IMG/VR virus record: IMGVR_UViG_3300045051_000172
Coordinates: 55,479-119,478 of that record
Source of the DNA: a virus
Length of the DNA stretch: 64,000 bases
Strand: one strand, 5' to 3'
Part shown: positions 6,317 through 15,436 of the stretch, piece by piece
Layout: each line of letters starts with the position of its first letter
How positions within the stretch are numbered: the first letter of the stretch is position 1
Notes under the pieces: model-generated
Told to the model about the DNA's origin: nothing
The model's database searches: none
The model's input: only the letters and a program-made list of their open reading frames with translations
Program-made: the position numbers and the translations under genes

Positions 6317-7984
6317 ATGAGTAAACGCAAATTACCAAAAAAACCTTCCATTAAAAAAGTAGAAAAAGAAAAAGCTAAGGCGAAAAAGAAAGTTCTCAAG
6401 ACGTACACCTCGTTCGTAAAGAAACAAGGGCGTCACCCGACAACTTCCGAAATGCTTCAACTCGGGGTCACCCGAAATACCATTCGTCATCACTATGGAT
6501 CTATTAGTGTTTTGAAAGAATTGGCTCGTGAAGAATTTCCGAAAGTGTTCAGAGACATTATCGATGGAGACTATTTCACCGAACAGCGTTATGAAAAACT
6601 TCAGAACGATGTAAAGAATTATTCTCGTTTCGTAATCACTACCGCAGTAGTGGGTTCTCCTGTTCATAAAAAGTTCTTAGCTGCGATTGAAAATTATTGC
6701 AGTAGAAATCGGGCGCTCCTTTTGGTTCTCCCGTCTGCAGACCCTGCCAAATCTTCTGATTGGGTTTTAGATCGTGTTCTAGCCCAGAAACAAATTCACT
6801 TGGTATTTAAGAACTTGAGCTTGAATTCTAATTTCTTTGTAAGTTCCATTAAAACCAGTGCAAAGCAGCTAAAGCCCATGACTGGCTTGGAGCGCATTGG
6901 AAACCGAAATGGATCTTTCGTATTCGCCTCACCGAAACAAGATCTTGATTTCGTTGCAACTTCCAACACTAAGTTTCCCCACGCTCTCATGACGACGGGC
7001 GCAATCACTCTTCCAGATTATGAAACCGATGAATATATGTCGGAGCGCACCGCGTATCTTGCAAAAGAAGATCACGTTATGGGCGCGCTCATTGTCGAAA
7101 TCGAAGATGACAAGATTTATCACTTCCGTCAAATCCAGGCAGAGTCAACCTCAGGTAACTTTGTGGATTTAGGAGATTATTACAAATCTACCGGCGAAGT
7201 GGAACAGATGGATGCCGAAGCTCTTGTAATGGGGGATTACCACGCTGGAGAAACTGATCCTACCGCAAAACAAGCTTGGAAAGAAGTTGTTCAGGCTGTT
7301 CGAGCAAAAGACTTAGTTCTTCATGACATGTTCAACGGAAAATCGATTTCCCATCATGATAAGAAACGAAAAGTCAAAATGGCTATCAAGTTTAAAGAAA
7401 ATCACTTGTCTCTGCAGGATGAAGCTAAGATCACTGCGGATGAAGCAAATGACCTGGCTTCTTGGATTAAATCCCGAGATGGAAAATTGTTCTGGGTTAA
7501 GTCGAATCATGATGACTTCCTAGCTCGTCTCCTTGAAGACGGAGGTTGGATTGACGATCCGATCAATATGGTTCTTTGTTCGTCTTTAATTGAACCCATG
7601 TCTGAAGGTAAAGATCCTTTGACGGTTTTAATGGAGAAGCAAAAGAATTTGAAGGCAGATACCAAAAGTCGAATTGTTTGGTTGAAAAGAACTCAAGATT
7701 ATAAGATTGCTGGGCATCAAATCGCTGCTCACGGGGATTTAGGTTCGCACGGTTATAGAAACCCTACTCTTGAGAACTTAGAGAATTCTTATGGAAGCTC
7801 GGTTTCCGGCCACTCCCATACTCCTGCGATTCGCAGAAATGCTTGGAGAGTCGGAACCTCAAGTATGCTCAAGCTGGACTACAATGAAGGTCCTTCTGCT
7901 TGGTTGCACACTTCCTGTATCATCTATCCTAACGGCGCTCGACAGCTTGTTAACGCCTTCCAAGGAAAGTGGAGAAAAAAATAG
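6317..7984 (+). CDS. Calcineurin-like metallophosphoesterase with a basic N-terminal HTH-like region
   Basis: MGDYH, LHDMF, KSNHD, AHGD and GHSH metal-binding motifs in the C-terminal half. Confidence 0.7.
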   Translation: MSKRKLPKKPSIKKVEKEKAKAKKKVLKTYTSFVKKQGRHPTTSEMLQLGVTRNTIRHHYGSISVLKELAREEFPKVFRDIIDGDYFTEQRYEKLQNDVKNYSRFVITTAVVGSPVHKKFLAAIENYCSRNRALLLVLPSADPAKSSDWVLDRVLAQKQIHLVFKNLSLNSNFFVSSIKTSAKQLKPMTGLERIGNRNGSFVFASPKQDLDFVATSNTKFPHALMTTGAITLPDYETDEYMSERTAYLAKEDHVMGALIVEIEDDKIYHFRQIQAESTSGNFVDLGDYYKSTGEVEQMDAEALVMGDYHAGETDPTAKQAWKEVVQAVRAKDLVLHDMFNGKSISHHDKKRKVKMAIKFKENHLSLQDEAKITADEANDLASWIKSRDGKLFWVKSNHDDFLARLLEDGGWIDDPINMVLCSSLIEPMSEGKDPLTVLMEKQKNLKADTKSRIVWLKRTQDYKIAGHQIAAHGDLGSHGYRNPTLENLENSYGSSVSGHSHTPAIRRNAWRVGTSSMLKLDYNEGPSAWLHTSCIIYPNGARQLVNAFQGKWRKK

Positions 7985-7991
7985 TTTCCAC

Positions 7992-8020
7992 TTGACGTTT
8001 GTTTTCTTCGACTGTAAAGT
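7992..8020 (+). promoter_or_regulatory. Sigma70-type promoter for the replication operon
   Basis: TTGACG-17 bp-TAAAGT. Confidence 0.6.
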
Positions 8021-8042
8021 TGAACCATAGGAGAACATTCAC

Positions 8043-8615
8043 ATGCAAGTAGAATACAAATTAAAATTGGGTCAAGAAGAATTCACTCTTAAGACGGAAG
8101 TCCAAAACGAGATCGAATTTTTCCAAAAGATGGCTTTCTATTCAGGTCTTCCAAAGACTGGTCCGAATGGAGAGAATGACCTTAAGCTCGTTCACAGAAC
8201 TACCAAGAAAGGCGATTACTACTCAATCGTTTCAGTTTCGGCTGGACAAGAGTATCGTCTCGGAATTTTAAAAGAAGGCGGCCTCTTTCCTAAAGGTTGG
8301 GCTCCCATCTACGGCACAAGCGAAGACGCAGAAGAAACTGCTACGTCTACGGCTCAAGCCACAGTAGCCTCGGTTGAAACTCAAATTGCCGCCGCTACCG
8401 CAGCTCCAAAGGCTGCAGCCGCAACTGCGACTGCCGCTCCGAAAGCAGCAGCTCCCGCAGCCGCTGCACCTAAGGCCGCACCAGCCCAGCGTTCAACGGC
8501 AGACATCATTAATCAGTATGCCGTCGGAAACACCGCAACTAAACCCGCAGCAGCCTCGGCGGCCCCCGCAACCGCCCCAGCAACTGGAAATGTGAACTCA
8601 CTACTTAGGAGATAA
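8043..8615 (+). CDS. Hypothetical protein with an Ala/Pro/Lys-rich linker
   Basis: Globular N-terminus then AAPKAA repeats; GGAG SD. Confidence 0.75.
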   Translation: MQVEYKLKLGQEEFTLKTEVQNEIEFFQKMAFYSGLPKTGPNGENDLKLVHRTTKKGDYYSIVSVSAGQEYRLGILKEGGLFPKGWAPIYGTSEDAEETATSTAQATVASVETQIAAATAAPKAAAATATAAPKAAAPAAAAPKAAPAQRSTADIINQYAVGNTATKPAAASAAPATAPATGNVNSLLRR

Positions 8616-8617
8616 AT

Positions 8618-8920
8618 ATGTCAGATCAAGCTCAACCCAAAAAACGTATCCGAAAGATCGCAAGCGTTTGTTTGTCCGATAAGGCCAATCAAGATGGCTC
8701 GCCAAATCTGTACCTGAAAATCAATGATTATCCAGGGCAGCTTCTCTTTGTGGATAAAGAGACTCAACAAGTTTACGTCGTAAAGACGGCAAGTATTCGA
8801 AAGCCTTATAACGACAATGCTCCAGCATTTGTTCAACAGGAATTGACGATTAATCTGGACAATCCTAAGAGTGCGGAACTCTTGTCTCAGACTAAAGCGG
8901 ACACTGCTGCTAGTGAGTGA
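8618..8920 (+). CDS. Hypothetical protein
   Basis: 100 aa ORF with AGGAG SD. Confidence 0.7.
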   Translation: MSDQAQPKKRIRKIASVCLSDKANQDGSPNLYLKINDYPGQLLFVDKETQQVYVVKTASIRKPYNDNAPAFVQQELTINLDNPKSAELLSQTKADTAASE

Positions 8921-8960
8921 ATAGACCCTCCTATAGTTCACACCCCTGCACTAGAGGACC

Positions 8961-8992
8961 TGAGCATGTCTCAGAAACTGCTCATTCTTTTT
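8961..8992 (+). terminator. Terminator/attenuator-like hairpin before the primase-helicase
   Basis: TGAGCA(8961-66)/TGCTCA(8979-84) followed by TTCTTTTT, then the AGGAG SD. Confidence 0.35.
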
Positions 8993-9003
8993 AGGAGATT
9001 TGA

Positions 9004-10986
9004 ATGCGTTATAAGCTTCTTAAACCTGATTGGGCTCAACCTTATATAAAAGGTAAGGATCGAAAACCCAATCCGGCGTTCATACAAGAAATTCCAGGAT
9101 CTGAAGATACACTCGAAGGTGACTTCACTGAGGAATTCCTTGCGCAAAAAAATCAAGAAGGTTACAACGTCTACTTCTTTCCAAACTTTCCAAAGACTCT
9201 ACATCCAGAAATTAAGTACGCTCGCGGAGAGCATATCGATGTTTTTGATTTCGTTTTTGTAGACATGGATTTAAAAGAAGGGGTTTATCCGACTAAAGAA
9301 GCCTTCTTGAGCAAACTTAGAGAATTTCCCATCCAACCATTTTTGGTAGTTGATTCGGGACATGGAATCCATGCTTATTGGAAGATCTCCAATTTGACTC
9401 GAAACGATTTCGTTTTTACTCAATTACAATTGATTCAAACTTTCACCACAGATGATTCGATCTGGACTGTCAAACAAATCATGCGCGCCCCTGGATACAA
9501 CAATACTAAACGATTCGGGGAATTTGTTCCCGCTGCCGTAGTTCCAGGATTCCAAGGAATAGAGGTTTCTCTTGAGACTCTACGCTCTGCCTTAAGCCCT
9601 TTGACGGCTGATAATAAAACTCGCGGACAACGTCACTTGGACAAAATGGATGGTATTGAATCAGACGAAGATCTGGAAGATTTAGATGTCTCTGAACTTC
9701 CTGAAAAATTTAAAGACGATATCGCCAAAGATCCTTTCTTGAAACAGATTTGGGAAGATCCTAAATCCTATCGAGGAGATCGATCTTCTGCTGACATGAA
9801 GTTAGCCAATATGCTGTTCAACTTAGATTACGACCGAACCGAGGCTTATACCGTTCTAATGAATACGGAGAAAGCTCGAAGTCGAGATGCCCACAATCGA
9901 CACACATACGCATTCACAGTCGTAGACAAAGTTTATAAAGATCGACCTAAATTTTACGAGGACACTGTTGCTGATTATGTTAAGACAGAAGGGGACTTTA
10001 TTGAACTCGGAAAAGAAGTTCGAGGTCCAGAGTGGATGGATGTTCAAGAAGAGAAATGGAGACGCGGACAAGTTCTGGGTCTCGTTCTAGGAACGGGTAT
10101 GGGTAAATCAACCCTATCCTTAGACATCATTAAACACATTCTTCAAAATAATCCCAAGGGACGTTTCGTTTACTTCTCTCTTGAAATGTCTAAGAAGAGC
10201 ATGATTGATAAGTGGCTTCGACTGACGAGAAATGATATGGCCCTTGCGGCTCGGCTTCATATCGTAGCAAATGAAACTAAGTCAAACGACATTCGTCACA
10301 TTGGTCTTCAAGAAGTTGTTTGGATCACTAAAGATATCAAGAAAGTCACTGGCGATGAAATTATCGGCATCGGAATAGATCACATGGGAGAACTCTCTAA
10401 TGTGGTTGACTTGACTAAAAACCCGGCATTCAACGCAAAGGGCGAGCTGGGACAAGGTGCAGGAGATAAGCGTTTCCGAGCATTGGGATACCAATCATTA
10501 TGTTCTAAAGTTAAAGACATCGCCAAGATGCTCAACGTATTTGTAATCATGCAATCACAAACAAGCCGCTTGTATGACATTATGGGCGATATTCCAATTC
10601 CAAAGTCTGGAGCTTTCGGTGCATCTAATTTCGAAAAGATGGTTCACTGGATGGTTACGGGCTGGCAACCGCTGCTCCGTGTTTATACCAAAACCAACAT
10701 GAGAGTCACGGCTTGGCAATATTGCAAATTAAGAACGGTAGGCGAAAGAGATCCGATTAAATTAAATGATCCTCGTCTGCTACTTTTTGATATGAAGATG
10801 GGAGCCTATAGAACTCTCACCGATGACGAAATGGAAGAAGTTAAGCTTTTAACCGAAGAGGCGGACAAACTTCGTTTAGCCCAAGAAAAGAATAAAGGTG
10901 GAGGAGTAGTTTATGGAAACTCTCCCGGAAAACTTTTAGAGCTTGTAGCTCAATACGAACGGTTGAAATCAAATGGTAAAGTTTGA
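9004..10986 (+). CDS. Primase-helicase fusion (RepB/AEP-type primase plus DnaB-like SF4 helicase)
   Basis: FVFVDMD and VVDSGHGIHAYW primase motifs; GTGMGKS Walker A, FSLEM, IGIDH and VIMQSQ helicase motifs. Confidence 0.85.
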   Translation: MRYKLLKPDWAQPYIKGKDRKPNPAFIQEIPGSEDTLEGDFTEEFLAQKNQEGYNVYFFPNFPKTLHPEIKYARGEHIDVFDFVFVDMDLKEGVYPTKEAFLSKLREFPIQPFLVVDSGHGIHAYWKISNLTRNDFVFTQLQLIQTFTTDDSIWTVKQIMRAPGYNNTKRFGEFVPAAVVPGFQGIEVSLETLRSALSPLTADNKTRGQRHLDKMDGIESDEDLEDLDVSELPEKFKDDIAKDPFLKQIWEDPKSYRGDRSSADMKLANMLFNLDYDRTEAYTVLMNTEKARSRDAHNRHTYAFTVVDKVYKDRPKFYEDTVADYVKTEGDFIELGKEVRGPEWMDVQEEKWRRGQVLGLVLGTGMGKSTLSLDIIKHILQNNPKGRFVYFSLEMSKKSMIDKWLRLTRNDMALAARLHIVANETKSNDIRHIGLQEVVWITKDIKKVTGDEIIGIGIDHMGELSNVVDLTKNPAFNAKGELGQGAGDKRFRALGYQSLCSKVKDIAKMLNVFVIMQSQTSRLYDIMGDIPIPKSGAFGASNFEKMVHWMVTGWQPLLRVYTKTNMRVTAWQYCKLRTVGERDPIKLNDPRLLLFDMKMGAYRTLTDDEMEEVKLLTEEADKLRLAQEKNKGGGVVYGNSPGKLLELVAQYERLKSNGKV

Positions 10987-13678
10987 AGATCATCAATACG
11001 TCAACACAGAAGCCAAGTTAGCTAAGTTGGATCAAATCCTCATGGATGGGGATTCTCCTCGATTCAGTGTCCTCGCGTTCGATACAGAATCAAACGGGGT
11101 TGAATTTCACGAGAAGGTTGTCATTGGATTTTCCATTGCAACTGATCGCTACCACGGATATTACGTTCCCCTCCTTGAATGGAAGAGAGACGAAACTTTC
11201 TTTAAGAAAGATAAAAAGTTCGGGGAACTGGGTTCCATAGATGTATTTCCCAAAGGCAATTTAGTTGATGTTTGGACTGGAGAAGTTCTACCAGAGTTCG
11301 TAACTTCCAAAGAATGGAAGATGCCCGAGATGATTCGAGGGTTCTTAGAGCGTTGGACTAAAACCAACCTCATTATGCACAACGCGGCCTTTGACTGTAA
11401 CATTGTTGCGTATAATACCGGGATCGACCTTACACCCAATCTGTTCTGTGACACTATTCTTTTGAAACATGCCATCGATGAAAATCCCCCTCATGGTTTG
11501 AAAGAAGTTGCCAGTTCCTGGAAGAAAGAAATTGGATTTAATCCAGACGAAGACGCAGCTTCTGAAATGAAAGAACTTGGAGTTTCGATCATTCGCAATG
11601 GAGGAAAGTTCTCCAAGATGATTCGATTTGTCTGGAGAGGCGACGGACCCTTGGTAGCCAAGTATGCTGCAGCCGATGCCGCGCTCACATTCGGAGTCTA
11701 CGAAGTTGGACTTCAAAAGTTTCAAGAAGCATTCACTCCGAAGCACTTAGATTGGTTCTTTGGTAAAGAAATTATGCCTCTGGCTCGCGAAGTCGTAATT
11801 CCTATGACTTGTGGGGGAATGTACATCGACTCCCAATACTATAAAGAACTCATTGAGGAAACTGAAAAGATTCTGCTCCGACTAGAAGACGAGGCAATCA
11901 ATGCCCTGGGCCCTATGGCTTACGAATGTCCTTATGGAGATGAACCTGAGAAGGCCGTTTCTAAGAAGGCTTTAAATGAAAAGATTTTAGAACTTGAAGG
12001 TCTCACCTACCCTACGATTACCAAAAAGGGAGAGACGAAACAAAGTCTAGCCAAAGATGCAATTAAGTTAGCTTACGAGTCCACTGGACATTGGTTCTAT
12101 GAATACCTCCTCGGAGAGGGAACCATGAGGTACTCCGATCAAAAATTGGAAGATCTCAAGGATGAAATCTATTACGAAGAAAATGAAAAGGCTCGCCCCA
12201 GATACAAATTCAATATCCGATCTGGGAAGCAACTGAGATGGGTTCTGTTCGATAAGCTTGGAAACAATGCAGCGGACTTCCCTCAGACGGACAAGGCCAC
12301 AGATGAAAACCCAGAAGCTTCTCTCGCGGGAGAAATCCTAGAGGAACACTTCAAGGGTAAGTACGAATTCATCAATCCAATTATTAAATATTTGAAATTA
12401 CACAAGATGATTTCAACTTATGCCAAACCTCTGTTCAAGAAACAGCACGGCGGCTACGTCCACATGGACATGCGTCAATACGGTACAACTTCCGGACGAT
12501 TCGCCTGCCGACGCCCGAACATGCAAAACCTCCCCGCCGTCAAAGATTTCGGTATATGTGGTTCTTGTGAGTCTAAGAACGTCACAGTTGAGAACCCAGC
12601 CATGCTTCTTGCCAATATAAAATGCAAAGATTGCGGGCATGAAGTATTCGAAGTTCGAGACCCCTCGGCAATCAAGAAGGGCTTTATTGCCCCTCCAGGA
12701 CAAAAGATCGTCAATGCCGACTTTGAGTCTCTGGAACCTAAATGCTTTGCATTCATGAGCGGAGACGAAGGTTTGAAGGCGGTTTATAAACAAGGTCTGG
12801 ATCTTTACTCCAAAGTTTACTGCGATATGTTCGACCCGAAGTTCGAGAAGTATTCAGCAAGTAAAAAAGATCCCAACTACCTCGGCAAGGTTGCTCCTGA
12901 TAAACGTAAGGAAATTAAGCCCATAGTATTGGGAATTCCTTACGGAGAAGATGATTGGAAAGTAGCGGATACTCTCGGTCTTAAGATTAAGAAAAGATTT
13001 TTCAATGAAGCTCTTCGAACCTGGGAAGAAAAAGAAATCGTAGATGTAGAAAAAGGAAACTTCTATCGAACTCTGTACCTAGAGGCCTATCCCAGACTCA
13101 AAGATTATATGTACCAATGTGAGTTTGATGCTTTGAACCTGGGCTATGTTGAGACGCTCGTAGGCCGCCGAAGACACTTTAAAGTGGCCCCAGCGATGAA
13201 CAAACTGTTCTTGCACTACGGTGTTGGATTTCAGGAATTCATGAAGCTTTCGAATTCCAAGTTGAAATGGTCGACTCCAAGAGATCTTCCTTTCACTAAA
13301 GAGGATCTGTTCAATGTTTGCACGGATTCCGGCATACCCTACTACATTGTCAAAGAAAATGACAACTGGGCATTCTTGAAATCGAAGCTCAAGAACGAGC
13401 TGAACAATGCCAAAAACTTCCCAATTCAAGGTCTAGCGGCCCATATAACCAATACTGCGATGATTGACATTATGAGAGCTTTTAGGCAGAATGGCATTGA
13501 TGGCTACGTTTGTTGCCAAGTCCATGACGAAATCACTTGTTACGTTCGAGAAGATCAAGCGCAACAAGCTAAAGAGATCGTTCAGGAATGTATGGAGCGA
13601 AATGAAGTGACGGCCCTTTTGGATATACCAATGAGAGCTGAACCTTTGATTGCAAACAACCTCAAGGAAGCGAAATGA
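10973..13678 (+). CDS. polA: Family A DNA polymerase with 3'-5' exonuclease
   Basis: Exo AFDTES/HNAAFD/YAAAD; TTSGRF, NMQNLP; motif A NADFESLE, motif B RKEIKPIVLGIPYG, motif C QVHDEI. Confidence 0.95.
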   Translation: MVKFEDHQYVNTEAKLAKLDQILMDGDSPRFSVLAFDTESNGVEFHEKVVIGFSIATDRYHGYYVPLLEWKRDETFFKKDKKFGELGSIDVFPKGNLVDVWTGEVLPEFVTSKEWKMPEMIRGFLERWTKTNLIMHNAAFDCNIVAYNTGIDLTPNLFCDTILLKHAIDENPPHGLKEVASSWKKEIGFNPDEDAASEMKELGVSIIRNGGKFSKMIRFVWRGDGPLVAKYAAADAALTFGVYEVGLQKFQEAFTPKHLDWFFGKEIMPLAREVVIPMTCGGMYIDSQYYKELIEETEKILLRLEDEAINALGPMAYECPYGDEPEKAVSKKALNEKILELEGLTYPTITKKGETKQSLAKDAIKLAYESTGHWFYEYLLGEGTMRYSDQKLEDLKDEIYYEENEKARPRYKFNIRSGKQLRWVLFDKLGNNAADFPQTDKATDENPEASLAGEILEEHFKGKYEFINPIIKYLKLHKMISTYAKPLFKKQHGGYVHMDMRQYGTTSGRFACRRPNMQNLPAVKDFGICGSCESKNVTVENPAMLLANIKCKDCGHEVFEVRDPSAIKKGFIAPPGQKIVNADFESLEPKCFAFMSGDEGLKAVYKQGLDLYSKVYCDMFDPKFEKYSASKKDPNYLGKVAPDKRKEIKPIVLGIPYGEDDWKVADTLGLKIKKRFFNEALRTWEEKEIVDVEKGNFYRTLYLEAYPRLKDYMYQCEFDALNLGYVETLVGRRRHFKVAPAMNKLFLHYGVGFQEFMKLSNSKLKWSTPRDLPFTKEDLFNVCTDSGIPYYIVKENDNWAFLKSKLKNELNNAKNFPIQGLAAHITNTAMIDIMRAFRQNGIDGYVCCQVHDEITCYVREDQAQQAKEIVQECMERNEVTALLDIPMRAEPLIANNLKEAK

Positions 13679-13941
13679 GAAAATTCATTATCAATTCAGG
13701 TTTGATCTACGCTTTTCCCATAGTTATGTCTTTGGGAGGGGTAATACTCAGTATTAGTGCAGTTCTGGCGATCAACGCAATCTTCATGGATAACGAACAC
13801 CTAGTCGCCAAACTTCTTAGCTTTGCAATTGGATCTTTCGGAGCCACTTATTGCATCCGAGCCACTATGAATATGTTTGAAGAAATTCCTGAAATTCGAC
13901 GTTTACAAAAAGTCCTAGATGACATGGAGAAACGAATATGA
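13675..13941 (+). CDS. Small membrane protein (2 TM)
   Basis: Two hydrophobic segments. Confidence 0.65.
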   Translation: MRKFIINSGLIYAFPIVMSLGGVILSISAVLAINAIFMDNEHLVAKLLSFAIGSFGATYCIRATMNMFEEIPEIRRLQKVLDDMEKRI

Positions 13942-14600
13942 TCTTTATCGCATTCACTGGAGTAAAAGGTTCTGGAAAAACTACCGCAAGCGGATTCTTA
14001 AAAGAACTCGTACCAGACATGCAAGAGGTCACGTTGGCAAAGCGTCTCAAAGATGCCTCTTCTGTGGTGCTCGGAATCCCTCGTGATGACTTTGACAATC
14101 CCGCCGTAAAGGAAAAAGAATTGGCCACTCCAGTTTATCTGGATGAAAAAAATGTTGCTGCTCTTTTTGACTTCTTCAAAGTAACCCCAGACTACGACAA
14201 ACACATTCGTCCGCATATCAGTAAGGTTCTTCATAGCCCGCGCAGAGTGGCTCAATACGTTGGTACGGAAGTTCTTCGAAACTTCGACGAAGATATTCAT
14301 TGCACCGGAGCCGTCATAGATGTGACCGAAGGCGGAATCTACGTCGTAACTGACATGAGATTCACCGGAGAGTACGATTTCTTCAAAACTCGTTACGGAA
14401 CAAATTTCTATCCCTACTACATTCAAAACGGTTTGGCTGAGAAGAAGGTGGACAATCATCCATCAGAAATGCAAGTCTTTGAAGTCGCCAAAAAATGTGT
14501 CAAGTTGGACAATAATGGAACCCTAGAAGATTTGAGAAATAGAGTCTCTCAAGTTTATCAAGAAGTTATGAATACGAGACTCAGCAAAGTTGGAGGATAA
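13938..14600 (+). CDS. Deoxynucleoside monophosphate kinase
   Basis: IAFTGVKGSGKTT P-loop, AKRLK, RRVAQYVGTE and VVTDMRF motifs. Confidence 0.85.
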   Translation: MIFIAFTGVKGSGKTTASGFLKELVPDMQEVTLAKRLKDASSVVLGIPRDDFDNPAVKEKELATPVYLDEKNVAALFDFFKVTPDYDKHIRPHISKVLHSPRRVAQYVGTEVLRNFDEDIHCTGAVIDVTEGGIYVVTDMRFTGEYDFFKTRYGTNFYPYYIQNGLAEKKVDNHPSEMQVFEVAKKCVKLDNNGTLEDLRNRVSQVYQEVMNTRLSKVGG

Positions 14601-14604
14601 ATTT

Positions 14605-15045
14605 ATGGATAATCTTAAATTAATTGGACTCGGAATTGTTTTAGTGATTGCCGGATATGGAATCGGATACTTCGCCGCTCCGGATAAAATCAAGATCGAA
14701 GAAAAGATCATTGAAAAAGAAAAAACGGTCAAGGAAGAAAATAAGAAAGTCACCGAAGAGTACGATCCGAACACTGGGAAGGTGACCAAACGAATTGAAG
14801 AGACCGGCAAAAAGGAAACGAACACAAATTCCACTCAGAAGGATAAGACCACAGAGAAGGAAAAGACCCGCAAGATGTGGGCCCTTAAAGGCGGAGTTGC
14901 TTTAGATCCCCGCAAAGACATGAAGTTGACTCCTAGAGTCGGGGGCGAAGTAAGGCTTCCTATTTTTAACAGTTGGGTTGGAGTTGAAGCCGACATAAAT
15001 ATCGACCGACCGTTGGTTGGTGCGTACCTCAGATTGGAGTTCTAA
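14605..15045 (+). CDS. Membrane-anchored protein with C-terminal amphipathic beta strands ending in Phe (spanin-like candidate)
   Basis: N-terminal TM, charged E/K/T-rich middle, C-terminus ...VGAYLRLEF. Confidence 0.6.
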   Translation: MDNLKLIGLGIVLVIAGYGIGYFAAPDKIKIEEKIIEKEKTVKEENKKVTEEYDPNTGKVTKRIEETGKKETNTNSTQKDKTTEKEKTRKMWALKGGVALDPRKDMKLTPRVGGEVRLPIFNSWVGVEADINIDRPLVGAYLRLEF

Positions 15046-15046
15046 T

Positions 15047-15436
15047 ATGGAATTGCAAGAGATTAAAGGAAAAGTAATGCCGTTCTTGGAAAAGATTTTA
15101 ACCAAGACCCGAACCTCGGAGCAATCAGAAGAGCTTTCAAATGAGTTCATCATTGTTCGATCTCTTCTCGCAGATGAATATGAAGCTGCTGAACGATTAG
15201 CCGGAGCCTTGGAAGCTGAAAAGAAAGCTACCTACGCTCAAGCAGTATTCGCCTCTGGGGAAAAAACGGCAGGCCTAAAAGAATATGATGCAGATCGAAA
15301 TGAATCCGTCGTTCAGATTCGAGCCGCAGTTGCTGAAGCTAATTCCCGAATGAACTGGCTTGAGAATCATTTGAAGATTTTTAATGACGCTACTGTTGGA
15401 TTCAGACAAAAGGCAGATCGTCAAGGGAGAACCTAA
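15047..15436 (+). CDS. Helical protein, possible UvsY-like recombination mediator
   Basis: Coiled-coil pattern; directly upstream of and coupled to recA. Confidence 0.45.
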   Translation: MELQEIKGKVMPFLEKILTKTRTSEQSEELSNEFIIVRSLLADEYEAAERLAGALEAEKKATYAQAVFASGEKTAGLKEYDADRNESVVQIRAAVAEANSRMNWLENHLKIFNDATVGFRQKADRQGRT

